DNA of 64,000 nt from an uncultured Trueperaceae bacterium (GTDB lineage: Bacteria; Deinococcota; Deinococci; Deinococcales; Trueperaceae): the NCBI GenBank assembly GCA_963815215.1, contig CAWFFU010000003.1, forward strand, positions 160,001 through 224,000. The letters are read 5' to 3'. The translations under genes were made by a program, and so were the position numbers. Every line of letters begins with the position of its first letter. The stretch's first letter is position 1. Positions 61,900 through 64,000 of the stretch are shown one piece after another. The notes below the pieces were generated by a model. It worked only from the letters and a program-made list of their open reading frames with translations. It ran no database searches and was not told the DNA's origin.

Positions 61900-63039
61900 G
61901 TGTCCCTCTATCTCGATTTCGCTGCCACCACGCCGCTCGATCCGGCGGTGCTGGAGGCGATGATGCCGTCGCTGACCGAGGCCTACGGCAACGCCGCCAG
62001 CGTGCATCGCACGGGCCAGCGCGCGCGCCGGCTCGTCGAGCAGGCGAGGGAGCAGGTGGCCGCGGCCCTGGGGGCGCGGCCGCGGCAGATCCACTTCACG
62101 TCGGGAGCCACGGAGGCCGACAACCAGGTTCTTCGCGGCGTGCTTGGTGGTGGCGACGGCGGTCTCGTGACCAGCCCGCTCGAGCACGCCGCGGTGCTGT
62201 CCACGGCGCGGGTCCTCGGCGAGACCGGCACGCCCGTGAGCTACCTGCGCCCGAACGAGCACGGCGGTCTGGAGGCCGGCGAGCTGGAGCGGGTGCTCGC
62301 CGGCCGTCCCGGAACGCGCCTGGTGGCGCTGATGGCCGTGAACAACGAAACCGGCGTGCTCACCGACGTTGCCGCCATGGCCGAGGTGGCGCACCGCCAC
62401 GGCGCGCTGCTGTTCTGCGACGCCGTGCAGGGGTTCGGACTCGAACCGCTGGATGTCGGCGGGCTGGGGGTCGACCTGCTGGCGTTGTCGGGGCACAAGG
62501 TCTTCGGGCCCAAGGGGGCCGGCGCGCTCTACGTCGCCGACGGCGTGGAGCTGCGGCCGCTGCTGTTCGGCGGGGAGCAGGAGCGAGGCCTGCGGCCGGG
62601 CACGCACGCCACGCCCGCCATCGTGGGGCTTGGCGCGGCGGCGGAGCGTGCCGCGGCGGAGCACGGGCAACGCCGGGAGGCCGTGCGAATGGCTCGCGAC
62701 GCCTTCGAGGTGGTGGCCGCGGCGCTGCCCGGCGTGCGGGTGAACGGCGCTGGCGCGCCACGCGGAGTCAAGCACAGCAACCTGCGGGTCGACGGCGTCG
62801 ACGGCGAATCGTTGCTGCTGGCGCTCGACGATCTCGGCGTGGAGGCGAGCGCCGGCAGCGCCTGCTCGGCGGGGAGCGTGGAGCCGAGCCACGTGCTGCT
62901 GGCCATGGGATTGAGCGCGGAGCAGGCGAAGGCCAGCGTGCGCTTCAGCTTCGCGCACACCGTGAGCGTGGCCGACGCGCTCGACGCGGCCGCCCGCTTC
63001 GAGCGGGCGGTGGAACGGTGCAGGATGTCGGTGGTGTGA
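61900..63039 (+). CDS. iscS: Cysteine desulfurase (IscS/NifS group I)
   Basis: YLDFAATTP, GNAASVH, FTSGATEADN, SGHKVFGPKG, SAGSACSAG. Confidence 0.92.
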   Translation: MSLYLDFAATTPLDPAVLEAMMPSLTEAYGNAASVHRTGQRARRLVEQAREQVAAALGARPRQIHFTSGATEADNQVLRGVLGGGDGGLVTSPLEHAAVLSTARVLGETGTPVSYLRPNEHGGLEAGELERVLAGRPGTRLVALMAVNNETGVLTDVAAMAEVAHRHGALLFCDAVQGFGLEPLDVGGLGVDLLALSGHKVFGPKGAGALYVADGVELRPLLFGGEQERGLRPGTHATPAIVGLGAAAERAAAEHGQRREAVRMARDAFEVVAAALPGVRVNGAGAPRGVKHSNLRVDGVDGESLLLALDDLGVEASAGSACSAGSVEPSHVLLAMGLSAEQAKASVRFSFAHTVSVADALDAAARFERAVERCRMSVV

Positions 63040-63048
63040 GCCGCGGGT

Positions 63049-64000
<952 letters not shown>

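Overview
High-GC chromosomal segment (roughly 70% by eye), almost certainly Deinococcota and plausibly Truepera-like. The basis is a Thermus/Deinococcus-type LysW-dependent alpha-aminoadipate lysine operon, bshC, GAPDH with SCTTNSL, and several apparently leaderless genes. It is densely packed with housekeeping genes: secG/tRNA-Leu(CAA), purQLF, bshC, guaB, mutY, hcs-lysT-lysU-lysW-lysX-lysY-(ycaQ-GNAT)-lysZ-lysJ-lysK, a large GH13 hydrolase, ruvC, glnA, a Liv-type ABC transporter, fprA, ask, two acyl-CoA dehydrogenases with etfBA, pgk, gap, T-box-regulated ileS, rho, rrf2-iscS and clpX. No mobile elements, CRISPR arrays or rRNA were seen. The best candidate for an undescribed system is a translationally coupled three-gene operon at 26517-29032 (- strand). 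It encodes an Ig + cohesin-like lipoprotein, a secreted TIMP/NTR-like protein, and a secreted degenerate matrixin-like domain fused to a dockerin, the last interrupted by one extra base in a 15-bp repeat. Other notable points are a split RimK/RLAN ligase converging on a GNAT-peptidase C39 fusion, a Cys-free LysW, a DNA cross-link glycosylase inside the lysine operon, a GVHH-motif IleRS2, Rho with a long RGG-rich disordered N-terminus, and a nested aspartokinase beta-subunit start. All family calls come from motif recognition by eye, not database searches.
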